Made by a program: the position numbers and the translations under genes. Source: Acutalibacteraceae bacterium (lineage in GTDB: Bacteria; Bacillota; Clostridia; Oscillospirales; Acutalibacteraceae). Taken from it: DNA of 64,000 nt. This document shows positions 18,490-28,421 of this stretch, piece by piece (position 1 is the first letter of the stretch; every line of letters starts with the position of its first letter). The notes beneath the pieces are model-generated. The model saw only the letters and a program-made list of their open reading frames with translations. It was not told the DNA's origin and made no database searches. The stretch lies in NCBI GenBank assembly GCA_045125175.1, contig JBGVNA010000056.1:11339-75338 (forward strand), read 5' to 3'.

Positions 18490-21324
18490 GTGAATGCTTT
18501 GAGCGATTATTTGAAAAACAGCTCCGGCAGCGAGATTGACGAAATTCTTGCGGAAGTAAAAAAATCAAAGCAGAATACTGAAAAGGCAGATGAGGCTCCG
18601 TCAAAGACCTGGTCGATTGACGATATCGACAAGCTGATTGCGGAATCCAACGGCGAAGAGTATGTGCCGAAGGCGAAAACGGCTCCAACCCCTGCCGAGG
18701 ATTTTGAAAGGATACTCAGCCGTGAGTTTGACACGGGGATTTTCACCGTCAGACCCATGGAAGAGGTTCAGCCTAAAGAGGAAATGCAGGATATTTCTTC
18801 GATGTCCTCCGAGAGCGAGGTTGACGGCCAGGAAACCTTTTTTAACAAGGAAGAAGAGGAGTTTGACGAATCTCTTTTTGAGATAGAAACCGTTATCGTG
18901 CCCGAGGATGTTCCAGAGCCCTCGTCGCTGAAATTTGCGTGGCAGGAAGAGGTCAAAGAGCCTGAGAAGAAAGAGCCTCCGCAGATAAAAACCTTCTATG
19001 AGGGTGAAACGGCAGCGGCGGATTTCTTCGGCAAAAAGACCGAAAAGGAAGAACCTGTAAAGGAAATTGATTATAAAACACGCTTTTTCACAACTCTTAA
19101 GCTTGAAAATACGGTTGAAATGGACCCTGTTCAGGACGGCCCTGTTGACAGGTCGGGAATCGTTGTTCAAAAATCCGATGCAGAGGCGGAAAACGGCCTT
19201 GAAGCCATGCCCAAGGTGCTTGCCGCAGAGGACGCCAAAGAGCTTGATGATGAAAAAACCCGCATAATGGATGCTGTCGGCAAGGCGGAAAAGAAGATGT
19301 CGGAAGCGGGCAATGACGTTGAGGGTCAGATAATGCTCACGGGCTTTGAAGATATTCCGTATGAAACGCTTCCCGAGCAGAGCAGCGAGGGCGACGTTGA
19401 AGAGCAGCTTTTTGAAAAGCGCAAGCAGAGAGCGAAAAACTTCAAGCTTGTCAATGCCATTGACCTCGACGAGGATTTTCAGGGCGATTTTGAAGCTCCC
19501 CCCGAGGACAGGGCAAAGCAGGAAAAGCAGAGAAAGAAAAAAGAGAAGAAGCTTGAGCAGGAAAATGAAATTGAAAAGCCTGTTACAAATGAATATTCTT
19601 CGCCTGCCGAGCGTTCGTCAATGCATACTTTTCTCAGCGAAAAGAGCAGCAAGGCAACAAAAGGCGTTATTGCCGTCGGCATAATTGAGCTTCTTCTTAT
19701 AATCATTAATTTTATCCCGACCATGGCTGAAAAGCTTGCCTTTGAAACCGAGATTTTTGTTGCGGGCTCAACGGCGATGTGCGTTATCAATGCCGTGCTG
19801 ATTATTGCGGCGGTTGCTATGGACAGCGTGCGCTTTGTTGACGGCTTTACGGGAATATTCAAAAAGAACATAACCAGCGACACTGCGCTCAGCCTTTCAA
19901 TTGCAGTTGCGCTTTTGCAGAATACACTGGCGGCGGTTATCGGCGGCAACGGCGTTGCAACAACCGTTTTCTCGGCTGCTGCGGTAGGTGCTGTGCTTAT
20001 CAGCAAGGCAACGGATAAAATCAATGCTCAGCGCACCCTTGAAAACTTCGAGGTCTGCGCATATAAATATGAGCATAATATGTATGCCGTTCATCCGTTT
20101 GAGAATGAATCCGAGATATTTGAGCTCGGCAGAGGTCTTATGATGGGCAATGCCGATTTGCTTTATTCCTCAAAGCTTGCATTCCCCTCTGATTTTGTGA
20201 AAAATTCGGAAGCGGATGCTTCGGATAAAAAGCTTGTGAAAATTCTTATCCCCGCAGCCCTCGGTGCGGCGGCAGTTGCGGCAATTGCGGCGGGTATTGT
20301 TGAAAAGAGTGTTATGGCGGCGTTTTCCGCATTCGCAGGCACATTCTGCGTATGTTCGCCCGTTATGGCATCGTTCATACCTGCGTTTATTGCAAGAATT
20401 GCAAACCGTGACCTTAACGCAACGGGAACAATGATTTCGGGCATCGATGCGGCTGAAAAAACCGCTTCGGCAAACGCCGTTGTTATGGATTGCGCCGATA
20501 TATTTGACCGCTCACAGTGTACCATGCACGGCATGAAGGATTTCAAGAATATCAGAATTGACGATGTTCTTCTTTATGCGGCGGCATTGGTTATCAAATC
20601 GGGCGGACCTCTCAGAGAGAGCTTTGAGCAGGTTGTTGACGGCAGGCAGGATATTCTGCCCCCCGTGAAGGAGCTTGTTTATGAGGATAAGCTCGGCATT
20701 GCGGCGAGAATTCACGGTCAGAAGGTGCTTCTCGGCAACAGAAATCTGCTTGTCAATCATAATATCGAAGTGCCCGAAAAAACGGTTGAAGAAAGATATT
20801 CACACAGCGGCAGAAAGGTTATGTACCTTGCCGTAGCGGGCAAAATCGCTGCGCTGTTTGTTGTCAGCTATGCGGTTGACCAAAATCTCAAGCCTTATTT
20901 TGAAATGCTTGAAAGCAACGGAATACAGGTGCTTGTGAGAACAAACGACGTTAACGTTACCGAAGAACTCATTTCAAAAAGCTTTGGTCTGCCGAAAGAA
21001 ACATTTAAAATTCTTTCTTCCGTTGCGGGCAAGCTCTTCAAGCGCAGAAGAGATGCGGTCTGCGACAAGCTCCCCGCAAGAATTGTTCATGACGGCACGG
21101 CGTTTTCAATGCTCAGAGCCGTTGCGGCAGCCTGCAGCATGAGCTCGCAGATGAAGCTCGGCTCGGTTATGCAAATCATAATCAGCGCACTCGGCTTTGT
21201 TCTGAGCACGGTTCTTTACTGCACTTCGAACGGCATGTTGTTTAACGGTCTGACCGCCGTGGCATTCCTTGCTCTCGGAATCATTTTGAGCGCAGGAATG
21301 ATTGCTCTGAGAAAAATCAAATAA
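18490..21324 (+). CDS. Large membrane protein with an acidic N-terminus and degenerate P1B-type ATPase domains
   Basis: C-terminal half aligns by eye to P1B ATPase N/P domains (GQKVLLGNRNLL, MYLAVAGK, GIQVLVRTND), but DKTGT reads DCADI. Confidence 0.7.
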   Translation: MNALSDYLKNSSGSEIDEILAEVKKSKQNTEKADEAPSKTWSIDDIDKLIAESNGEEYVPKAKTAPTPAEDFERILSREFDTGIFTVRPMEEVQPKEEMQDISSMSSESEVDGQETFFNKEEEEFDESLFEIETVIVPEDVPEPSSLKFAWQEEVKEPEKKEPPQIKTFYEGETAAADFFGKKTEKEEPVKEIDYKTRFFTTLKLENTVEMDPVQDGPVDRSGIVVQKSDAEAENGLEAMPKVLAAEDAKELDDEKTRIMDAVGKAEKKMSEAGNDVEGQIMLTGFEDIPYETLPEQSSEGDVEEQLFEKRKQRAKNFKLVNAIDLDEDFQGDFEAPPEDRAKQEKQRKKKEKKLEQENEIEKPVTNEYSSPAERSSMHTFLSEKSSKATKGVIAVGIIELLLIIINFIPTMAEKLAFETEIFVAGSTAMCVINAVLIIAAVAMDSVRFVDGFTGIFKKNITSDTALSLSIAVALLQNTLAAVIGGNGVATTVFSAAAVGAVLISKATDKINAQRTLENFEVCAYKYEHNMYAVHPFENESEIFELGRGLMMGNADLLYSSKLAFPSDFVKNSEADASDKKLVKILIPAALGAAAVAAIAAGIVEKSVMAAFSAFAGTFCVCSPVMASFIPAFIARIANRDLNATGTMISGIDAAEKTASANAVVMDCADIFDRSQCTMHGMKDFKNIRIDDVLLYAAALVIKSGGPLRESFEQVVDGRQDILPPVKELVYEDKLGIAARIHGQKVLLGNRNLLVNHNIEVPEKTVEERYSHSGRKVMYLAVAGKIAALFVVSYAVDQNLKPYFEMLESNGIQVLVRTNDVNVTEELISKSFGLPKETFKILSSVAGKLFKRRRDAVCDKLPARIVHDGTAFSMLRAVAAACSMSSQMKLGSVMQIIISALGFVLSTVLYCTSNGMLFNGLTAVAFLALGIILSAGMIALRKIK

Positions 21325-21339
21325 AATTTCAAAAAACTC

Positions 21340-21515
21340 TTGACTTTCACGGGAATATGGGTTAAAATAGCTTGCACAATAAAGCAGAGCAGGTTTTGCT
21401 CTCACCTTCCGGGGAAGTCCTGAGTCGGTCAATAGTTTCTTTTCAATCGGGCATATTGCGCCCGTAAAAGACGTTGATTATGCGAGGTCAGGGATTCCTG
21501 CCCTCGCTTTTTATT
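21340..21515 (+). promoter_or_regulatory. infC operon promoter and L20-type leader/attenuator
   Basis: TTGACT-17-TAAAAT; leader starts AAGCAGAGCAGGTTTTGCTCTCACC, like Firmicutes L20 leaders, and ends in a GCGAGG...CCTCGC-TTTTT hairpin. Confidence 0.75.
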
Positions 21516-21537
21516 ACACTATTGGAGGTGCTTTAAC

Positions 21538-22056
21538 ATCAGCAGCAAAGAACAGCAGATCAATGAGGAAATCCGTGATAAGGAAATAAGAGTTGTTTCC
21601 GATGACGGTGAGCAGCTCGGCATCATGTCCGCAGCAGAAGCTCTCAAAATTGCCGAAAGCAGAAATCTTGACCTCGTTAAGATTGCTCCCATGGCAAAGC
21701 CGCCCGTATGTAAAATAATGGATTACGGCAAATTCCGATTTGAAAAGGCAAAGAGAGAGAAAGAAGCAAAGAAGAATCAGAAAACCATCGAAATCAAGGA
21801 AATCAGGCTTTCTCTCAACATCGATACGCATGATTTTGATACAAAAATCAACCATGCACGCAAGTTTATTGCTTCAGGCAATAAGGTTAAGGTTTCCATC
21901 CGCTTCAGAGGCCGTGAAATGGCTCATCCCGAGCTTGGTCAAACAATTATGAAGCGCTGCGCGGAGGCCATGGCAGATTGCGCAAGTGTCGAAAAGCCCG
22001 CAAAGCTTGAGGGCAGACAGATGCTGATGTTCCTGGCTCCGAAAAGCTCAAAGTAA
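21538..22056 (+). CDS. infC: Translation initiation factor IF-3 (non-canonical ATC start)
   Basis: GGAGGTG RBS then in-frame ATC at 21538; INEEIR, PPVCKIMDYGK and FRGRE motifs. Confidence 0.95.
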   Translation: MSSKEQQINEEIRDKEIRVVSDDGEQLGIMSAAEALKIAESRNLDLVKIAPMAKPPVCKIMDYGKFRFEKAKREKEAKKNQKTIEIKEIRLSLNIDTHDFDTKINHARKFIASGNKVKVSIRFRGREMAHPELGQTIMKRCAEAMADCASVEKPAKLEGRQMLMFLAPKSSK

Positions 22057-22089
22057 AAAATGTTTTAATTTCTTAAGGAGGAAATACCA

Positions 22090-22287
22090 ATGCCTAAAAT
22101 CAAGACTCACAGTGGCGCAAAGAAGCGCTTCAAGCTTTCAAAGAACGGCAAGCCCATGCGTGCCCATGCTTACAAATCACACATTCTCAACAAGAAGAGC
22201 ACAAAGCGCAAGAGAAATCTTCGCAAGACCGCTGTAGCTGACGTTACAAACTGCAAGCAGATCAAGCGTCTTGTTCCTTATAAATAA
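22090..22287 (+). CDS. rpmI: 50S ribosomal protein L35
   Basis: [15 protein letters not shown]. Confidence 0.97.
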   Translation: MPKIKTHSGAKKRFKLSKNGKPMRAHAYKSHILNKKSTKRKRNLRKTAVADVTNCKQIKRLVPYK

Positions 22288-22341
22288 TTCGGAACTTTGT
22301 AAACAACCTATCACAGATAAGATTAACGGAGGATATTTAAA

Positions 22342-22698
22342 ATGGCACGTATTAAAGGCGCTATAATGACTCGTAAGAGAAGAAATAAGGTACTCAAGCT
22401 CGCAAAGGGCTACTACGGCTCAAAGAGCACACTTTTCAAGACAGCTAAGCAGGCTGTTATGAAGAGCGGCAACTATGCATATATCGGCAGAAAGCAGAAG
22501 AAGAGAGATTTCCGCCGTCTTTGGATCACCCGTATTTCAGCTGCTTGCCAGGCAAACGGCATGAACTACTCAACATTCATCAACGGCCTCAAGAAGGCTG
22601 AAATCAGCCTTAACAGAAAGATGCTCGCTGAAATCGCTGTTTCAGACCCCGCAGCTTTCACTGCTCTTACCGAAAAGGCAAAGGCAGCTCTCAACTAA
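22342..22698 (+). CDS. rplT: 50S ribosomal protein L20
   Basis: [25 protein letters not shown]. Confidence 0.98.
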   Translation: MARIKGAIMTRKRRNKVLKLAKGYYGSKSTLFKTAKQAVMKSGNYAYIGRKQKKRDFRRLWITRISAACQANGMNYSTFINGLKKAEISLNRKMLAEIAVSDPAAFTALTEKAKAALN

Positions 22699-22713
22699 TT
22701 ATAGCTTTTATTC

Positions 22714-22750
22714 ATCAGAGATGTAGCACTTGTTACATCTCTGATTGTTT
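22714..22750 (+). terminator. Terminator after rplT
   Basis: ATCAGAGATGTA / TACATCTCTGAT followed by a T-rich tail. Confidence 0.7.
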
Positions 22751-22800
22751 CTTTATCTATATAAAGGTATCAAATATTTAAACAATATAGTGAGAATATT

Positions 22801-23583
22801 ATGGAAAAGATAACCGCAAGAACAAATGATAAAATCAAATATGCCGTTCGTCTTGGAGAAAGTGCTTCGCTCCGAAAAGAGGCAGGGGAATTTTTTCTCG
22901 AAGGCGCACGGCTTTGTTTCGATGCCGTTCAGACGGGCATTGAAATAAAACAGGCGTTTTTTACCGCAAAGGCACTCTGGAAATATGCCGATTATGTTGA
23001 GGACATTATTGCAAAAAGCGGCATATGCTATGAAATAAGCGCAGAGGTTTCGCAGAAGCTTTCGGGCACGGAGAATTCGCAGGGCGTTTTCTGCATCTGC
23101 TCAATGAAAAACCGGCAGGAAAAAGTGAGCCTTAACCCATGCGGAAAATATCTTGCCCTTGAAAATCTTCAGGATCCGTCAAATCTCGGCGCAATCTGCA
23201 GAAGTGCGGAGGCAATCGGCCTTGACGGGCTGATAGTAAGCGGTGGCTGTGATATCTTTAATCCCAAGGCTCTCAGAGCGGCTATGGGTTCATCGCTGAG
23301 AATGAATGTTATTTCAACCGATAATCTTGAAGAATTTATTCTTAATGCGAATGAGAAAGGCTTTCTTACCCTTGCTTCAACGCCCAGAAGCACGGCGGAG
23401 GATATCCGCACGGTTTCAATGGAGGGCGGCGTTGTCTGCTGTGTCGGCAACGAAGGCTCGGGGCTTTCACAGCAGGTTATCGATGCGTGCAAAAAGCAGG
23501 TTGTTATCCCTATGAAAGGCAGAGCGGAGTCCTTTAACGCTTCTGCGGCGGCGGCAATCCTTGCATGGGAGCTGAAAAGATGA
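22801..23583 (+). CDS. TrmH/SpoU family RNA methyltransferase
   Basis: QDPSNLGAICR, GNEGSG and ESFNAS motifs. Confidence 0.9.
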   Translation: MEKITARTNDKIKYAVRLGESASLRKEAGEFFLEGARLCFDAVQTGIEIKQAFFTAKALWKYADYVEDIIAKSGICYEISAEVSQKLSGTENSQGVFCICSMKNRQEKVSLNPCGKYLALENLQDPSNLGAICRSAEAIGLDGLIVSGGCDIFNPKALRAAMGSSLRMNVISTDNLEEFILNANEKGFLTLASTPRSTAEDIRTVSMEGGVVCCVGNEGSGLSQQVIDACKKQVVIPMKGRAESFNASAAAAILAWELKR

Positions 23584-24737
23584 GTGACGGTAAAAAATAT
23601 TGGATATGGCTTTCGCTGACGCTCGGTGCGGCGGCACGGGTTGATGAAATACTTTCCGCATTTCCCGATCCCCGTGAGCTTTATGAAGCGAGCGAGAATC
23701 AACGCAGAATAGCCGGAGTTTTTACGCAAAAACAGATTGAAAAGCTCGGAACAGCAAAGCTTTCCGATGCTGAAAATGTTATTGCCGTTTGCCAAAAAAA
23801 CGGCTGGCAGATAATAACGCCCGATAATATTCTTTACCCCGCAGGGCTTCGCAAAATTCCCGATAAGCCCCTTGTTCTTTATGTTGACGGCGATATAAGC
23901 TGCGTGAGGGGCAAGGTTATGATAGGCGTTGTCGGAACACGTAAGCCTTGCTATGAGAGCGTTGCGATATCCCGAAAAATCTGCGCTGATCTTGCAACGG
24001 CCGGTGCGGTTGTTGTCAGCGGCGGAGCAATGGGAATTGACAGCGCAGCGCATGAAGGAACTCTCGACGCAGACGGAAAAACGGTTTGTGTTATGGGCTG
24101 CGGTTTCGGCACAAACTATCTTATGGATAACGAAGCAATGCGCCGCAATATCAGCAGAAGCGGTGCGGTGATAACCGAATACCCACCCTTTACTCCCGCA
24201 TCAAGGGCAACATTCCCCCAGCGTAACAGAATAATTTCGGGCATGAGCCACGGCGTTCTTGTTGTTGAAGCGGGCGGAAAAAGCGGCTCGCTGATAACTG
24301 CAAGGTGTGCGTCAGAGCAGGGCAGAGAGGTTTTTGCAATTCCCGGCAGTGTGCTCACAAGCGCATATTCGGGTGCAAACAATCTTATCCGTGACGGTGC
24401 AAAGGCGGCAACCTGCGCTGTGGATATTCTTGCTCCGTATGCGGTAATGTATCCCGACAGGCTCAATCTTGATTTAATCGACAAAACTCCCGTTAATGTG
24501 AGCCTTGAAGAGCCCGCCGAGATTAAAAAACCCGTAATTATCAAAAAAGAATGCCCCGCAGGTCTTGACCCCGATGCACAGGCGGTCTATAATCTTTTCG
24601 GAGAGGGTGCTCTCCATTCCGATGAAATCTGCGCTCTGAGCGGACTTTCGCCCTCAAGGGTGATATCCGCACTCATGGAGCTTGAGATAGCGGATTGCAT
24701 TGAGCAGTCCGACGGTAAAAATTACATTTTAAAATAA
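23580..24737 (+). CDS. dprA: DNA-processing protein DprA
   Basis: VVGTR, VVSGGAMGID, FPQRNRIISG, SGSLITA; C-terminal winged helix. Confidence 0.95.
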   Translation: MSDGKKYWIWLSLTLGAAARVDEILSAFPDPRELYEASENQRRIAGVFTQKQIEKLGTAKLSDAENVIAVCQKNGWQIITPDNILYPAGLRKIPDKPLVLYVDGDISCVRGKVMIGVVGTRKPCYESVAISRKICADLATAGAVVVSGGAMGIDSAAHEGTLDADGKTVCVMGCGFGTNYLMDNEAMRRNISRSGAVITEYPPFTPASRATFPQRNRIISGMSHGVLVVEAGGKSGSLITARCASEQGREVFAIPGSVLTSAYSGANNLIRDGAKAATCAVDILAPYAVMYPDRLNLDLIDKTPVNVSLEEPAEIKKPVIIKKECPAGLDPDAQAVYNLFGEGALHSDEICALSGLSPSRVISALMELEIADCIEQSDGKNYILK

Positions 24738-24752
24738 ACAGGAGAAAAATCA

Positions 24753-26858
24753 ATGTCAAAACTTATTATAGTTGAGTCCCCCGCAAAGGCGAATACAATC
24801 AAAAAGTATCTTGGCAAGGACTATGATGTTGTAGCTTCCAAAGGACATATCAGAGATTTGCCCGCAGCAAAGCTCAGCGTTGATGTCAAAAACGATTTTG
24901 CGCCCAAATATGCGCTTATCAAAGGAAAAGAAAAGCTCGTTAAAGAGCTTAAGGATAAAGTTGAAAACAGCGAAGCCGTTTATCTTGCAGCCGACCCCGA
25001 CCGCGAGGGAGAAGCGATTTCATGGCATCTTGCAACGGTGCTCGGCCTTGATCTGAACAAGGAAAACCGTGTCACCTTTAATGAAATCACAAAAACGGGC
25101 GTTGCCAACGGAATGGCGAACCCCAAGAAAGTCAATATCGACCTTGTAAATGCTCAGCAGGCAAGGCGTGTGCTTGACCGCCTTGTGGGCTACAGACTCA
25201 GCCCCTTTGTTTCGCAGAAAATCAGAAGAGGTCTTTCTGCAGGCCGTGTTCAGAGCGTTGCGGTAAGGCTTATTGTTGACCGTGAGGAAGAAATCAACGC
25301 TTTCAATCCCGAGGAATATTGGATTATCGATGCAAAGCTTGCAACGGCTCAGAGAAGAGTTCTCACCGCTGCCCTTTATTCCGATGAAAACGGCAAAATC
25401 AAAATCACAAACGAAGAGCAGGCAAAGTCTTATCTTGCAAGGCTCGACGGTGCGGATTACGAAGTTAAATCCGTTAAAAAAGGAACAAGAAAAAAGAACC
25501 CCGCTCCTCCGTTCATAACATCAACTCTTCAGCAGGAGGCTTCGAGAAAGCTCGGCTTCCAGGCGGAAAGAACAATGAGAGCCGCTCAGGAGCTTTATGA
25601 AGGCGTTAATGTTCAGGGCATGGGCATGACGGGTCTTATCACCTATATGAGAACTGACTCGCTCCGTATTTCGGAGGAGGCAAGAGCGGCTGCTTCGGAA
25701 TATATAACAAAAACCTTCGGCAGTGAATATATTCCCGAAAAGCCCGTATATTATAAATCAAGAGCCAATGCTCAGGACGGCCACGAAGCTATCAGACCTT
25801 CAATTCCGTCACTCACTCCCGAGCAGATGAAATCAAGCCTTTCGAGCGATCAGTATAAGCTCTATACGCTTATCTGGAAGCGTTTCATGGCAAGCCTTAT
25901 GGCAAGCTGTGTTCAGAACACCGTTAAGGCGGAGATTATTGCCTCAAAAGAAAATAACGAAAAGGAATTCTGCATATTCACCGCAGCTGGCTATTCCGTT
26001 AAGTTTGACGGCTTCACAAAGCTCTATGAGCTGCCCGAAGAGGATGCCGAAAAGGGAATTCTCCCTGAAATCAAGGCGGGCGAGGCTCTCAAGCTGCGTG
26101 AGCTTAACTCAAACCAGCATTTCACTCAGCCTCCCGCACGTTACACAGAAGCTTCTCTTATCAAGGAGCTTGAAGAAAACGGCGTCGGCAGACCCAGCAC
26201 ATACGCAACCATTCTTTCAACAATCATCAAGAGGGGCTATGTTCAGAGAAAGGCAAAGCAGCTTGCTCCCACCGAGCTCGGCTGCGCAACAACAGGTCTT
26301 CTCAAGGATAAATTCCCCAAGATAGTAAACACAAAGTTCACCGCTCAGATGGAAACAAATCTTGACCGTGTAGGCTGCGGCGAAGAGGATTACGTCAGAA
26401 TGCTTGACGAATTCTACAGCGACTTCGAGAAAACTCTCGACAAGGCAAAGGTTGAGATGAAAAACGTTAAAATCCAGCTTGAAGAGGATACCACCGATAT
26501 CCCCTGCGACAAGTGCGGCAGAATGATGGTTATAAAAACGGGCAGATACGGCAGATTCCTTGCCTGCCCCGGTTATCCCGAATGCAAAAACGCAAAGCCT
26601 CTTATCGTTAACACGGGCGCAAGATGCCCTGTTTGCGGCGGCGAGATAATCGAGAGAAAGTCAAAGAAGGGCCATGTGTTCTTCGGCTGCGGCAGCTGGC
26701 CCAAGTGCAACTTCATGAGCTGGGATCCCCCCGCAGGCGAGAATTGCCCGGATTGCGGCAAGGCACTGTTCAGGAAAAAGACGGGTAAGCTTGTTTGCAT
26801 GACAGAGGGCTGCGGCTATGAAAAGTCCGCTCCCGGAAAGAAAAAGAGCAATGAATAA
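24753..26858 (+). CDS. topA: DNA topoisomerase I
   Basis: IVESPAKA, DPDREGE, SAGRVQ, ITYMRTDS, C-terminal zinc ribbons. Confidence 0.97.
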   Translation: MSKLIIVESPAKANTIKKYLGKDYDVVASKGHIRDLPAAKLSVDVKNDFAPKYALIKGKEKLVKELKDKVENSEAVYLAADPDREGEAISWHLATVLGLDLNKENRVTFNEITKTGVANGMANPKKVNIDLVNAQQARRVLDRLVGYRLSPFVSQKIRRGLSAGRVQSVAVRLIVDREEEINAFNPEEYWIIDAKLATAQRRVLTAALYSDENGKIKITNEEQAKSYLARLDGADYEVKSVKKGTRKKNPAPPFITSTLQQEASRKLGFQAERTMRAAQELYEGVNVQGMGMTGLITYMRTDSLRISEEARAAASEYITKTFGSEYIPEKPVYYKSRANAQDGHEAIRPSIPSLTPEQMKSSLSSDQYKLYTLIWKRFMASLMASCVQNTVKAEIIASKENNEKEFCIFTAAGYSVKFDGFTKLYELPEEDAEKGILPEIKAGEALKLRELNSNQHFTQPPARYTEASLIKELEENGVGRPSTYATILSTIIKRGYVQRKAKQLAPTELGCATTGLLKDKFPKIVNTKFTAQMETNLDRVGCGEEDYVRMLDEFYSDFEKTLDKAKVEMKNVKIQLEEDTTDIPCDKCGRMMVIKTGRYGRFLACPGYPECKNAKPLIVNTGARCPVCGGEIIERKSKKGHVFFGCGSWPKCNFMSWDPPAGENCPDCGKALFRKKTGKLVCMTEGCGYEKSAPGKKKSNE

Positions 26859-28164
26859 AGTAAAAGTAATCGGCGGCGGTTTTGCCGGTGTTGAAGCGGC
26901 GTGGCAGCTTGCAAACAGGGGAATTGAGGTTGAGCTTTATGAAATGAAGCCTGTTAAGTTTTCCCCCGCCCATTCAAGCGAAGGGCTTGCAGAGCTTGTC
27001 TGCTCAAATTCGTTCAAAGCAATGCGCCTCGGCTGTGCGGCAGGCATGCTGAAAGCGGAAATGGAGCTTATGGGCTCTCTCTGCGTTGAATGCGCAAAGG
27101 CAACGGCAGTCCCCGCAGGCGGCGCACTGGCGGTTGACAGAGATAAATTTTCCGCCCTCGTAACAGAAAAAATTCTTTCACGAAAAGAAATAACACTTAT
27201 CAGAGAAGAGGTAACCGAGATTCCCGACGGCGTTGCCGTTATCGCCGCAGGGCCTCTTGCCTCAGCCGCACTTTCCGATAAAATAAAGGAGCTTTGCGGC
27301 GGAAGCCTCAGCTTTTTTGATGCGGCGGCACCCATCGTAACCGCTGAAAGCATCGACCTTGAAAACGCCTTCATGCAGTCCCGTTATGACAGGGGCGAGC
27401 CTGATGATTATATCAACTGCCCCATGAACAAAGAGGAATACGAGGCGTTTTATGAAGCACTTATAAATGCGGAGTGTGCGCCTACCCATGAGTTTGATAA
27501 GCGCAAGGGCGTTTATGAGGGCTGTATGCCCATTGAGGTTATGGCGTCAAGAGGGCACGACACCATCCGTTTCGGCCCGATGAAGCCTTCGGGTCTTACA
27601 AACCCCAGAACGGGTCACAGACCGTGGGCAAATCTTCAGCTTCGCAAGGAAAATACAGCGGGTACGATGTATAACCTTGTGGGTTTTCAGACAAATCTTA
27701 AATTCGGCGAGCAGAAAAGGGTTTTTTCAATGATTCCCGCTCTTGCCAATGCGGAGTTTGTGCGCTACGGCGTTATGCACCGCAACACATTTATCGATTC
27801 GCCCCGATTGCTCGGCAGCGATTTCGGATTCAAAGAAAAAGAGGGCCTGTATTTTGCAGGCCAGATAACCGGAGTTGAGGGCTATATGGAGTCCGCCGCT
27901 TCGGGAATACTGGCGGGCATCAACGCCGCCAACAGAGTTCTGGGCAGGGAAGCATTTCTTCCCTCTGAGCTTACCGTGACGGGAGCTCTTGCCCGCTATA
28001 TCAGCGACGGCAGTGTTAAGAATTTTCAGCCGATGGGTGCATCATTCGGTTTGTTACCGCCCCTCGGTGAAAAAATCAGAGATAAAAAGCTCCGATACGA
28101 AGCACTTGCCGAGCGAGGCTTGAAACAGCTTAAAAATCAATTAAATATTGATGACAATAATTAA
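26851..28164 (+). CDS. trmFO: Folate/FAD-dependent tRNA m5U54 methyltransferase
   Basis: GGGFAGVEAA, ELVCSNS, RYGVMHRNTF, AGQITGVEGY. Confidence 0.95.
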   Translation: MNKVKVIGGGFAGVEAAWQLANRGIEVELYEMKPVKFSPAHSSEGLAELVCSNSFKAMRLGCAAGMLKAEMELMGSLCVECAKATAVPAGGALAVDRDKFSALVTEKILSRKEITLIREEVTEIPDGVAVIAAGPLASAALSDKIKELCGGSLSFFDAAAPIVTAESIDLENAFMQSRYDRGEPDDYINCPMNKEEYEAFYEALINAECAPTHEFDKRKGVYEGCMPIEVMASRGHDTIRFGPMKPSGLTNPRTGHRPWANLQLRKENTAGTMYNLVGFQTNLKFGEQKRVFSMIPALANAEFVRYGVMHRNTFIDSPRLLGSDFGFKEKEGLYFAGQITGVEGYMESAASGILAGINAANRVLGREAFLPSELTVTGALARYISDGSVKNFQPMGASFGLLPPLGEKIRDKKLRYEALAERGLKQLKNQLNIDDNN

Positions 28165-28199
28165 TAAACGGTTCCAAAACCAACGGAGGAATGTTTTTA

Positions 28200-28409
28200 A
28201 TGCTTGAAAAAGTGATTTCATTGATTTGTGAAGAACTCGGATATGATGAAGACGCCATAAACGAAGATACCGTTTTAGGCGAGCTTGTAGGCGATGAAAC
28301 GGAGATTGAGGAGCTTGCACAGTTTCTTGAAGGCGAATTCGACGTTGAATTCAGCGGAGAGCTGAGCCTTGACATGACCGTTTCGGATGTTGCCGAAATG
28401 ATTGAATGA
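28200..28409 (+). CDS. Acyl-carrier-protein-like protein lacking the phosphopantetheine serine
   Basis: Small acidic ACP-pattern protein directly upstream of rnc; GDETEIEEL in place of GxDSLDxVEL; GGAGG RBS fits ATG at 28200. Confidence 0.75.
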   Translation: MLEKVISLICEELGYDEDAINEDTVLGELVGDETEIEELAQFLEGEFDVEFSGELSLDMTVSDVAEMIE

Positions 28410-28421
28410 GGGGATATTGAC

